Shown: piece after piece, positions 17,801 to 26,585 of the stretch | Numbering within the stretch: the first letter of the stretch is position 1 | How the letters are laid out: the number at the start of each line of letters is the position of its first letter | From: a virus | Lineage: Duplodnaviria > Caudoviricetes | DNA: 64,000 nucleotides | Virus record (IMG/VR): IMGVR_UViG_3300044840_000020 | Location: 5,929 to 69,928 of that record | Reading direction: 5' to 3' (one strand) | Notes under the pieces: generated by a model | Told to the model about the DNA's origin: nothing | What the model saw: the letters and a program-made list of their open reading frames with translations, nothing else | Database searches by the model: none | Made by a program: the position numbers and the translations under genes

Positions 17801-19171
17801 GTGTCGCTTGTTCGTAGGGCAGTCTCGGGTATCTCGCATGAGGTGAGGGCCGCCGATGGAAGACAGCCGTGGGGTGATAGCACACCCATTCCGAACTCGC
17901 TTGCGGGGGGAGCGCGGGTTGGCGGCATCCCCGTCACTCAGTCCTCGGTCACGCGGATTTCGACGGTGTACGCATGCATTGGATTGCTCGCCGACACGAT
18001 CTCGTCGCTCCCGACTCAGCTTCGCGATGGGCCTCAGGTCGCGACGTCGAAGGTTCTGAAGCCGTCCCCGCTGCTAACGCGGCCGTACGCGGAGATCAGT
18101 CGCCGCGATTGGTGGGTTCAGTTCATCTGGTCGCTCGCGTTACGCGGGAACTTCTTCGGGTTGATCATCGAGCGTGATCGTCTCGGCGATCCGGTTCAGA
18201 TTAAGCCGATCAGCCCGGATCGCGTGCAGCTTCGCCGTCTTCCGGGGTCGGGAATATTGGAGTACAGGTTCAACGGTTTGGTCGTCCCGCTCGATGATGT
18301 TGTTCACGTCAGGTATCAGACTCATCCGGGGTCGCTGATTGGCTTGAACCCGATCGAGATCTGTGCTCTGTCGTTCGGGTTGCAGATCGCTCAGGAGTCG
18401 TACGCGGAGACGTTCTTCTCGAATAGCGCGAATCCTCAGGGTGTGATTCAGGTCCCTGGTGTCCTGGATGTTGTTGAGACGAAGAAGATGATGCGTGGTT
18501 GGATCGCGGCGCATCAGGGGTTGAATCAGGCGAACTTGCCGGCGATCTTGACGGAGGGCGCGGAGTTCAAGGCGATCACGATCAACCCGTCCGATTCTCA
18601 GTTGTTGGAGGCTTTGGGGGCGTCGCGGTCGTTGATCGCGGGAACGATCTTCCGCATTCCGCTTCACATGGTGGGGATCGTCGATCGTTCTTCGAGTTGG
18701 GGACGAGGTCTCGAAGTCATGGAAAGAGGGTTCTTCTCGAACACGTTGATCGGTTATCTCGTTCCCGCAGTGGAGATGATGACGGGGTATCACCCTACTG
18801 GGCAGTTCATGCACTTTGATACGAAGGAGCGGTTGCGGGGGACGGCGTTGGAGCGGGCTCAGACGGGTTCGCTCGCGATGCTTGCGGGTGCGTGGTGTGC
18901 GGATGATTTCCGGGCGACGTTTGATCAGCCTCCGTTGCCTGATGGGAAGGGTCAATACACATATGCACCGATCAACACCGAGTTGCTGCTCCAAGCATTG
19001 CAACTCTTGAAGGATTCGGAGACGACTCCAGAACCGCCGGAACCGGAGGGTGATCAGAGTATCCCGACGCCTTCGGGGGGCGCTCCGGCGGCTGGTCGGT
19101 CCTCGAATGGTCACGGGCGAATGTCGCGTGATCAAGCCGCGGCGCTCGTACGTTCCGTCATCGGCGGCTAG
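17801..19171 (+). CDS. Portal protein (HK97 family)
   Basis: STVYACIGLLADTISSLP, LALRGNFF, GLNPI, FFSNSANPQGVI, ILTEGAEF, IFRIPLHMVG. Confidence 0.92.
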   Translation: MSLVRRAVSGISHEVRAADGRQPWGDSTPIPNSLAGGARVGGIPVTQSSVTRISTVYACIGLLADTISSLPTQLRDGPQVATSKVLKPSPLLTRPYAEISRRDWWVQFIWSLALRGNFFGLIIERDRLGDPVQIKPISPDRVQLRRLPGSGILEYRFNGLVVPLDDVVHVRYQTHPGSLIGLNPIEICALSFGLQIAQESYAETFFSNSANPQGVIQVPGVLDVVETKKMMRGWIAAHQGLNQANLPAILTEGAEFKAITINPSDSQLLEALGASRSLIAGTIFRIPLHMVGIVDRSSSWGRGLEVMERGFFSNTLIGYLVPAVEMMTGYHPTGQFMHFDTKERLRGTALERAQTGSLAMLAGAWCADDFRATFDQPPLPDGKGQYTYAPINTELLLQALQLLKDSETTPEPPEPEGDQSIPTPSGGAPAAGRSSNGHGRMSRDQAAALVRSVIGG

Positions 19172-19214
19172 GTAGTTCCATTCTTGTTCCCTCACTGCTA
19201 AGGCGGAGGTCATC

Positions 19215-20663
19215 ATGAAGAAGGAAGATAGGGCCTACTCCGCCAAGGAGTTGGAGGTGCTGGTGAAGGGTTCTTCGACGCCGACTGTGGTTGATTGGAA
19301 GCGGGCGGTTAGGGCGGTGACCCGCGGTGACGCGGGTTACGATGCCATCAGGAAGGATCTCGTCGGTCGTGCTCAGAAACTGGGCGTGAATGAACTTGTC
19401 CCGTCGAACTGGAACGCGGACGGGAGCTTGGAGTCGAAGGCGGGTATCTGGACGGATCAGGAGTCGCGGGAGACCCACGGGGATCTCGCGGTCGCTCTCT
19501 CGGACGCGCTTGAGGGGCTTGTTGACGACATGGACGGCGTGTATTACGGCTGGCTTCAGGACTTTGATGATGAGAACATGTACTTCCAGGCGGGTGGTTT
19601 GTTGTACTCGGCGTCGTACGTGGTAGCGGATGGTGGTCCCGTGACGCTGGGAGATCCGACGCGGGTTCGTCCCGTTACGTCGTACGTTCCCGCAGAGGAC
19701 GACTTGGAGCGGTCGGAGGCGAAGCCTGAGCGGCGTCTCGCGTCGCGAACGTTGGAGTGGCGGAAGGAGCGCGCGCCGAAGCGTTTGGATCGTGAGACGC
19801 GGGAGATCGCTCGTCCGTTCGAACTACGTGACGAGGATGATGGTGATACGTGCGTTCTTCGGTCGTACGCCAGTCTGTTTGATGAGCCGTACACGGTTGG
19901 GTCTGGGTCTTATCGGTATCAGGAGACTGTGCTGCCGGGGGCGTTCAAGCGGACGTTGAACAACGGTCCGGACGTGGTTTTTCGCGCGGAGCATGGTGGG
20001 CCGCCTCTTGCGCGTACGTCGTCGGGGACGTTGACGGTTGGTGAGGATGAGACGGGCCTTTGGTATGAGGCGAGTCTTTCTCGCGCGGATCCGGATGTTC
20101 AGCGGTTGATTCCGAAGATTGAGCGCGGGGATTATCGCGAGTCAAGTTTTGCGTTTCGTTGCGTCGAGGACGCGTGGAACGATGACTACTCGAAACGGTC
20201 TCTGAAGGCGTGTGATCTTGATAGGGGGGATGTTAGTATCGTCACGTTTGGGGCGTCTCGCGCGACGGGGAAGCACATGCTTTTGAGGTCGGAGGAGGAG
20301 GCGATCCTGTCGCTTCGTTCGGGTGGGGTTGAGGTTCTGTTGGCGGCTCTTGTTGAGTGGCGTGACTTCACGCTTACCCCGTTGGAGGATCGGGCGGGGA
20401 AGGCGATCTCGGCGTCGAACCTGGCGACGTTGAAGCACGTTCTGTCGCTTGCGGCGTCCGCAGATGAGGCTTTGGATGAGATTCAGCCGACGCTCGCGGA
20501 CTTGATGGGGGTTCCGAACCCGGACGCGGATGATGACGCGACGGAGGAGAACGCGGATAAGACCGAACCGGTTGAGGAACGGGTCGAACTACCCAAGGTT
20601 CCTGCGCTACCCGCGTCGTCTCTTCGTGATCTACGGCGCGAACTTCGTCGGAGGGCCGCCTGA
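19215..20663 (+). CDS. HK97-family prohead protease with N-terminal extension (DUF6582-like)
   Basis: YASLFD..Y, ETVLPGAF, EHGGPPLART.SGTL...ED.TGL, SFAFR, DVSIVT; N-terminal AIRKDL..RA.KLG...LVP.NW..DGSL. Confidence 0.85.
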   Translation: MKKEDRAYSAKELEVLVKGSSTPTVVDWKRAVRAVTRGDAGYDAIRKDLVGRAQKLGVNELVPSNWNADGSLESKAGIWTDQESRETHGDLAVALSDALEGLVDDMDGVYYGWLQDFDDENMYFQAGGLLYSASYVVADGGPVTLGDPTRVRPVTSYVPAEDDLERSEAKPERRLASRTLEWRKERAPKRLDRETREIARPFELRDEDDGDTCVLRSYASLFDEPYTVGSGSYRYQETVLPGAFKRTLNNGPDVVFRAEHGGPPLARTSSGTLTVGEDETGLWYEASLSRADPDVQRLIPKIERGDYRESSFAFRCVEDAWNDDYSKRSLKACDLDRGDVSIVTFGASRATGKHMLLRSEEEAILSLRSGGVEVLLAALVEWRDFTLTPLEDRAGKAISASNLATLKHVLSLAASADEALDEIQPTLADLMGVPNPDADDDATEENADKTEPVEERVELPKVPALPASSLRDLRRELRRRAA

Positions 20664-21859
20664 TGGGTGTGACCGCTCCCGAGGTTACGGAGAGGGCGGA
20701 CGCGAAGGATTTCGAGGCGTCCCCTCGGATCGAAGGTATTCGGGAACCGTTGACGTACGAGGCGCGCGTAGAGCGAACTCGTCGCGGGGGTATTCGTATT
20801 CGGTCGGTCGGGGAGCCTCGCTCGTACTTCCAGGACGTTGTTGCTCTTGAACGCAGTGGGGATCGCGCGGCGCGTGAGCGTTTGGAGCGTCACGGCCGGG
20901 AGGTCGAGGGCGAGATGCGGGCTCGTCGCGTCGCGGAGTCTCCCGAGGTACGTTACGAGTTAGAGACGCGCGCTCCGACAGCAAGTTTCGCTGCCCCCCC
21001 GCTGTGGTTGATTGATTATTTCGCGACCGCGGATCGTGCGGAGCGGGTGCTCGCGGATCTCGCGCCGAACTTCTTTCTTCCCCAGGGCGTGTTCAGCGTG
21101 AACTTGCCGGGTGAGACTCAGGCGTCGAGCGTCGGCGAGCAGCAGTTGGGTACTTCGGTTCCGTCGACGGACGCGACGGATCAGGCGATTTCGTCCGCTG
21201 TCGCGACTCTTGCGGGCCAGTGGGATGTTCCGCTTCAGATGTTGGAGCAGAGTCCCCCGTCCGCCGCGTTCGATTGGGTCGCGTTCACTCAGCTTCAGGC
21301 GGACTACGACGCGCAGTTGGAGTATCAGTTGATTAACGGGAACTCGCCTGGGATCGTCGGACTTCTGAACAATCCGCTTGTTCCTGCGGCGAACGTGATC
21401 ACGACGACCCAGACGACGGCGACGGGCCAGTTCCCAGCACTCGGTCAGGTTCTCGCTGCGGTTGGTAACACGCGGCTAATGCCTGCGGAGGCGTGGCTCA
21501 TTCGCACAAATAGGTTCGCGTGGTACGGATCCAGTGAAGACCTAGCGTCGAGACCGTTGATGATTACGGACCGTGACGGGTCCGGCATGTTCTCCATGCT
21601 TGGCGTTAACGCGAACCACGACAACGCGGTCCCGATCACGCTCGGCGCGGGCCGGAACCAGGACGTTGTGATCGCGTGTCGTCCCTCGGACTGGCTCGTC
21701 TTGGAGTCCGACTTAACGACGGACGTCATGGAGGACGTCTTGAGCGGATCGCTCAATGTACGCCTCCAGTTGCGCGGATACATCGCGGCGCTGCTTCGTC
21801 AGCCGAACAGCGTGGCATACCTGACTGGTTCTGGAATGGTGCGCCCAAGCGGCTTTTGA
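20663..21859 (+). CDS. HK97-fold capsid protein paralog A (no long N-terminal scaffold domain)
   Basis: PPLWLID, TLAGQWDVPLQMLEQSP, VLSGSLNVRLQ; aligns end to end with 21988..23724. Confidence 0.8.
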   Translation: MGVTAPEVTERADAKDFEASPRIEGIREPLTYEARVERTRRGGIRIRSVGEPRSYFQDVVALERSGDRAARERLERHGREVEGEMRARRVAESPEVRYELETRAPTASFAAPPLWLIDYFATADRAERVLADLAPNFFLPQGVFSVNLPGETQASSVGEQQLGTSVPSTDATDQAISSAVATLAGQWDVPLQMLEQSPPSAAFDWVAFTQLQADYDAQLEYQLINGNSPGIVGLLNNPLVPAANVITTTQTTATGQFPALGQVLAAVGNTRLMPAEAWLIRTNRFAWYGSSEDLASRPLMITDRDGSGMFSMLGVNANHDNAVPITLGAGRNQDVVIACRPSDWLVLESDLTTDVMEDVLSGSLNVRLQLRGYIAALLRQPNSVAYLTGSGMVRPSGF

Positions 21860-21865
21860 CCTTTC

Positions 21866-21884
21866 CCGCGTGTTTTTCACGCGG
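21866..21884 (+). terminator. Hairpin between the two capsid genes
   Basis: CCGCGTG-TTTTT-CACGCGG perfect inverted repeat. Confidence 0.4.
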
Positions 21885-21987
21885 TCGTTCTTATCCGTAG
21901 TACTACGTACGCCCCCCGTCGAGTCCCGCCTCTTTACGCGGCCTGGCACCTACCGGGAGCCCCATAAAACAACCAGAAGGAGGGGCT

Positions 21988-23724
21988 ATGTCCCTGGCTA
22001 GTAAGACGCCGCGTGCGGCGCGTCAGACCCTGGAAGAGAAGTACGCGGAGTTCTTCCGTACCCATCCCCCGATCTGGGGGGCTGACGGAGCGACGGCGAC
22101 CGAGTCGCTGCTCGAAAAGCTGCTCGCTCGACGGGCCGCGCTCGCGGCGGAGATCGAACCGTTGATCGATAAGCGTGAGGAGGACCGTGAGACGTGGGTC
22201 ACGCGGTCGTCGTCTGACGAGTTCCAGAAGCTGGATGAGGAGGCGCGTAAGGCGGAGATTGCTGAGTACGCCGCTTCGGAGGAACGGTTCGGCGAGGACT
22301 CCGCGATCAAGATGAGCGAGATTCGCGCGTTGGATCAGCGGATCGCGGAGCAGGAGATCAAGGAGCAGTCGAGGTCGCTCGCGGAGAACGCGTCGCGGTC
22401 GGAGTCTCGGTCTGGTCTGTCGGGTGTTACTCGTCAGAAGGAGCCGATGACGTACCGGCAGGACAATCAGAAGGAGACCTCTTACTGGCTTGATCTTGCG
22501 GCGGCTCAGGTTCCTCAGGTTCGGCAGAACGCGAGCGGACGGACGGACGGTTTCCAGGAGCGCCTCGATAGGCATGCGAAGGAGATGGAGGACACCCTGT
22601 CGGGGCGTCGTGACTCGCGCGAGGGTCGCGCTCAGCGGATGATCGACGACGCGGAGATGGCGGCTACGGGCCGGTTCGGTTCGGCTCGTGGTTTCGAGGG
22701 GTCTCCGTTTGAGTCTCGCGCCCCGTCCCGGATCCCCGGGCAGGGTGGGTATGCGGTACCACCGCTGTGGCTGATCGATGATTACATCCCGGCGCTCCGT
22801 CCGGGACGCGTCGCGGCCGGTCTCTGTCGGAACCTTCCGCTTCCCGCGGGTACCGATTCGATCAACGTTCCGAAGCTTCTGACCCCAACGCTGACGGGGA
22901 TTCAGACTGCGGATAATGCACCGGTCGCGTCTAGGGATTTCTCGGACACGTTCGTTCAGGCGAACGTGAAGACGGTCGCCGGTCAGGAGGACGTCCCGAT
23001 CCAGTTGATCGAGCAGTCCCCAGGCCAGATCCTCGATCAGGTAATCACGACGGACCTGATCGCGGACCTGAACCAGAAGGTTGACCTTCAGGTTCTGACG
23101 GGCAACGGGGCTGGGGCTCCGCTCTCGGGTGGTCAGGTCATGGGCCTGTACCCCGCATCAAACTGGGGCGCGACGACCCTGACGTGGACGGCAGCGACGC
23201 CGACCGCAGCGGGGTTCTTCCAAGTACTGGGAGCGATGCTCAGCAAGACGGCGTACACGCGGTTCTCGCTGACCGACTTCCAGTACATGTTCCATCCTCG
23301 CCGCGCAGGTTGGTGGTTGACCGCGACGGACTCAGTCGGTCGTCCACTCGTGAGCACGCCTGGGTTTAACCCGTTCAACATTCAGGCGCTAGAGGAAGCG
23401 GTAATCCCGTACGAGGGTCGGATCGCGGACCTTCCGTTCGGCCCAGCGGCGTACATGAACGCGAACATTCCGATCACGGATAGTTCCGGAACTCCTGGCG
23501 GCGGGACGGCCGACATCGGTCTCGGCGCGATCTGGGACGACATCTGGTTCTTCGAGGGAGACCTCCGAACCCGAGTCCTCTCCGAAGTCCTCTCAGGAAC
23601 ACTGGAACTCCGATTCCAAGTGTATGAGTACATTTCGCTGCTCTGCCGATACGGTGCTTCGATCGTCATCGCGACGGGTTCTGGGTTCGCCGCTCCGACA
23701 ACGGTCGACGGTACGGCGTACTAA
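21988..23724 (+). CDS. Major capsid protein (HK97 fold, with coiled-coil delta/scaffold domain), paralog B
   Basis: Charged helical N-terminus; GGYAVPPLWLIDDYI, TVAGQEDVPIQLIEQSP, QVLTGNG, VLSGTLELRFQ; strong AGAAGGAGG RBS. Confidence 0.88.
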   Translation: MSLASKTPRAARQTLEEKYAEFFRTHPPIWGADGATATESLLEKLLARRAALAAEIEPLIDKREEDRETWVTRSSSDEFQKLDEEARKAEIAEYAASEERFGEDSAIKMSEIRALDQRIAEQEIKEQSRSLAENASRSESRSGLSGVTRQKEPMTYRQDNQKETSYWLDLAAAQVPQVRQNASGRTDGFQERLDRHAKEMEDTLSGRRDSREGRAQRMIDDAEMAATGRFGSARGFEGSPFESRAPSRIPGQGGYAVPPLWLIDDYIPALRPGRVAAGLCRNLPLPAGTDSINVPKLLTPTLTGIQTADNAPVASRDFSDTFVQANVKTVAGQEDVPIQLIEQSPGQILDQVITTDLIADLNQKVDLQVLTGNGAGAPLSGGQVMGLYPASNWGATTLTWTAATPTAAGFFQVLGAMLSKTAYTRFSLTDFQYMFHPRRAGWWLTATDSVGRPLVSTPGFNPFNIQALEEAVIPYEGRIADLPFGPAAYMNANIPITDSSGTPGGGTADIGLGAIWDDIWFFEGDLRTRVLSEVLSGTLELRFQVYEYISLLCRYGASIVIATGSGFAAPTTVDGTAY

Positions 23725-23927
23725 CCGGACGGCCTCGCCCCGCTCCCTTCCGCGAGGCCCATCAAGCCTGGAGGGTCTTGACACGTCCCGAATTGGGCGT
23801 TTCTCGACCCCTGGCGATCTTACCCACTCTCGATCTACGAGAGTCCACAAGGTCCTGGAGTAAGTTCCGCTGATTGGCGTTACCCCTCCCAGGACACCAC
23901 GACTACTCTCAGAAGGAGAGTGATCCT

Positions 23928-24581
23928 ATGCCACAGTCTGGTCCTGATCTAGTTGGTGCGGGTTATCCGCTGAGTTATTCCCCCCGAGCGTTGCTTGGTG
24001 GTCTGTCGAACTTCACTCAGCCGAACATTCCGGCTCGGTCGAACCTGGAGTGGTTCGGGTTGAACGCTGCGACGGATGGTGCGCTCGCGGCGTCGGGCGT
24101 CGGTTGTGTCGTCCCGGTCCCGGTTGATGTGGGGACGCCGATCACGAGGGTCTCCCTGATCATCGGTGCGACGGCGGCTTCTACGCCTACGCATCAGTTT
24201 GTTGCGATTTATCCGGGGACGGGTGTTGCGGTGAACACGGGTGCGTTGTTGGCTCAGTCTGCGGATGGTTTGACGGCTGCGGTTGCGGCGGGTGCGGCGG
24301 GTACTGTTGCTCCGTTGACGTACACGTTGGCGTCTACGGTCACTCCGACCGCGGCGACGGCTCCTCAGGGGTTCGTGTACGTGATGGTTTCGTTTACGGG
24401 TACGGCGGTTCCGACCGCGTTGTCGTTCGGGACCCCCGCGGGAATCAATTATCAGTGGAATGCACTGGTGAGTCCGGCGTTCCTGTCGGCGACGACTGGT
24501 ACGGCGCTTGGTGGGACGGCCCCGGCGACGCTGGGCACACTGACGGCGAAGGTCGTTGCGCCCTGCATCATCCTTACGTGA
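23928..24581 (+). CDS. Virion structural protein (probable head decoration)
   Basis: Ala/Thr/Gly-rich beta protein directly after MCP; RBS AAGGAG. Confidence 0.55.
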   Translation: MPQSGPDLVGAGYPLSYSPRALLGGLSNFTQPNIPARSNLEWFGLNAATDGALAASGVGCVVPVPVDVGTPITRVSLIIGATAASTPTHQFVAIYPGTGVAVNTGALLAQSADGLTAAVAAGAAGTVAPLTYTLASTVTPTAATAPQGFVYVMVSFTGTAVPTALSFGTPAGINYQWNALVSPAFLSATTGTALGGTAPATLGTLTAKVVAPCIILT

Positions 24582-25201
24582 GCGTGGTTTCGCGGGAGCG
24601 GGTTTCGGTTCGCTCCCGTTCGCTGGCGCTGCCTGATGGTCAGGCGGTCAGGTTCGTCGTTGACGAGTTCGGGGATGAGACGGTCCTGTTTGATCGCGGT
24701 TCGGTTACGCGATCCGTGGAGGGTTACGAAGTCCCATTCGGTGTGTTCGTTCCGTATACGGTTCGGCGTCAGGCGACGGTTGATGGGGCTCCGTTGAACG
24801 CGACGTGGGTGGATGTGTCGGTCTCGCCTGTCGCGTATTACGCGGCGTTGTTGGATTGGTGGTCCCGGGGGGAGACGTTCATGGTGGTTGAGCACGACGT
24901 GGTGTGTTCGGAGGCGATTGTTCGCGAGATGGACGAGTGCCCGGAACCGTGGTGTTTGTTTTCGTACTCTGATCTTTGTCATCCTGAGTGTCGCGAGGCG
25001 TGGCACAACCATCTTGGTTGTACGCGATTCCGTAGCGAACTGGTCGAGGCGGTTCCGGATGCGGTTCGGGGTGCTCCTCGCGAGGATTGGGATTGGCATA
25101 CGGCGTGTAACGGTTTGGGCGAGAATCTTCGTCGCGCCGGGTTTTCTCATCATTGGCATGGTTCGGTTCCTCATTGTCACGAGCCGCTCGTAGCGGCCTG
25201 A
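24578..25201 (+). CDS. Putative GT-A glycosyltransferase
   Basis: FMVVEHDVV (DxD-like), PEPWC.FSY, LGCTRFRSEL and C-terminal His cluster. Confidence 0.5.
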   Translation: MSVVSRERVSVRSRSLALPDGQAVRFVVDEFGDETVLFDRGSVTRSVEGYEVPFGVFVPYTVRRQATVDGAPLNATWVDVSVSPVAYYAALLDWWSRGETFMVVEHDVVCSEAIVREMDECPEPWCLFSYSDLCHPECREAWHNHLGCTRFRSELVEAVPDAVRGAPREDWDWHTACNGLGENLRRAGFSHHWHGSVPHCHEPLVAA

Positions 25202-25352
25202 ACCTTCGACGCCCTTCTTGGGGTTGTTGGAGCTGCGGGCGGTCGCGGACGTTATCCCCACGATCGACGCGTCCTCCTCGGGTACGCGCTGGTCCCTCCC
25301 GCGTCTCGCGACCGCCCGCTCTTTCTTTCGTCCCTCCCCGGAAGGGAGTCTT

Positions 25353-25592
25353 GTGATTCATCCTCGTATCTCCATGTTCTTACAGGCTCGGGATGCTGCT
25401 CGCGCACGAGGCGATCGCGGCGTCGAACGCTCTACGACAGCGGACCTTCGCCGCCTCGATGTTCGGGATGACGCGACGGTTAGGTTTCCGGACGGTCCAC
25501 CGCGTCCCGGGCGTCCTCGGAAGCGTTGTGAGCACGATGAGGTTCCGTCTCGTTGCTCGCAATGTCGTGCGGCCGAGCGGGCCGCAGCCTGA
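25353..25592 (+). CDS. Hypothetical small basic protein
   Basis: GTG after GGGAG; ends in PGRPRK..CEH...C..C. Confidence 0.45.
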   Translation: MIHPRISMFLQARDAARARGDRGVERSTTADLRRLDVRDDATVRFPDGPPRPGRPRKRCEHDEVPSRCSQCRAAERAAA

Positions 25593-25954
25593 TGGCTGGT
25601 GGCTCGCTCACGATCACGGGGTTGTCCGCGAGTGAACCGTCTGGATATCGAACGTTTGGGCCGATCACAATTCAGGGGACGGTCGTGATCGGGGAGACCC
25701 TGGAGGTTCCACTCGTGTCGGGGGATAATACGTTCGCGATCCCGGATCAGGCGACGGCGTGTTGGATTATTCCGCCGACGCAGGGGACGGTTGCGTTGAC
25801 GATTCGTACGTCCGCTAACTCGGGGGACGCGGGTCTTCCGATCTCGGCGCAGATGCCTTTCGGTCCGTTTTGTTTTCCAGCGACGGTTCCGGCGTCGTTG
25901 ATCGTGAACGCGTCTGCGGTCCAGGCGAGTCCCTTGTCCATCGTGTTTATTTAG
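25592..25954 (+). CDS. Virion structural protein
   Basis: TGATG coupling; beta-rich. Confidence 0.55.
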   Translation: MAGGSLTITGLSASEPSGYRTFGPITIQGTVVIGETLEVPLVSGDNTFAIPDQATACWIIPPTQGTVALTIRTSANSGDAGLPISAQMPFGPFCFPATVPASLIVNASAVQASPLSIVFI

Positions 25955-25968
25955 AGGAGGCGGTTCTC

Positions 25969-26580
25969 ATCGGGTTCACCACATACGGGAACGATAAGCT
26001 CCTTCAGGCGTTTGGTCAGGCTGCGGCGCTTGGCGGTCCCTCAACTCATTACGTTGGGTTGATGACGGGTTCGGTTTGGCAGGCGTCTCATGTGTACTCG
26101 TCGGGTGCGTATGTCATTCCGACGACGTTCGCGTCGATCTCGACTCAGGCGGGGAAGATCTTTAAGTGCACGGTGGCGGGTACGTCTGCGGGTTCTCAGC
26201 CGACGTGGCCTACTACGGCGGGTGGGACCGTCACGGATGGGGGTGTGACGTGGACGGAGATCACGAACTTGTTTGCTCAGGGGACGTTCACGGGGGCGGA
26301 GATTGTTGGTAATGGGTACGCGCGGGTGGCTGTTGTTGCGAACTCGACTAACTTTCCGAACGCGACTGTTGCTCAGCCGGCGGTCTTGTCGAACGGTGTT
26401 GCGATTACGTTTCCGTCTCCTACGGCGGATTGGGGGTTGGCGATCGGGTGGGTTGATGCGGATGCGTCTTCGGCGGGGAACGTTTGGGCGTGGGCTCCTA
26501 CGACGACTGCTTTGGATTGTGCGTCTGGGTCTACTCCGTCGTTCGCGATCAGCGCGTTGACCTTGTCGTTGTCCCCGTAG
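25969..26580 (+). CDS. Virion fibre/adaptor protein with carbohydrate-binding-like insertion; apparent ATC start
   Basis: GFTTYGNDKLL, NGYARVAV, ITFPSPTADWG pattern; insertion WQASHVYSSG...FKCTVAGTS...PTWPT; GAGGAGG 8 nt before ATC. Confidence 0.6.
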   Translation: MGFTTYGNDKLLQAFGQAAALGGPSTHYVGLMTGSVWQASHVYSSGAYVIPTTFASISTQAGKIFKCTVAGTSAGSQPTWPTTAGGTVTDGGVTWTEITNLFAQGTFTGAEIVGNGYARVAVVANSTNFPNATVAQPAVLSNGVAITFPSPTADWGLAIGWVDADASSAGNVWAWAPTTTALDCASGSTPSFAISALTLSLSP

Positions 26581-26585
26581 GGCTG

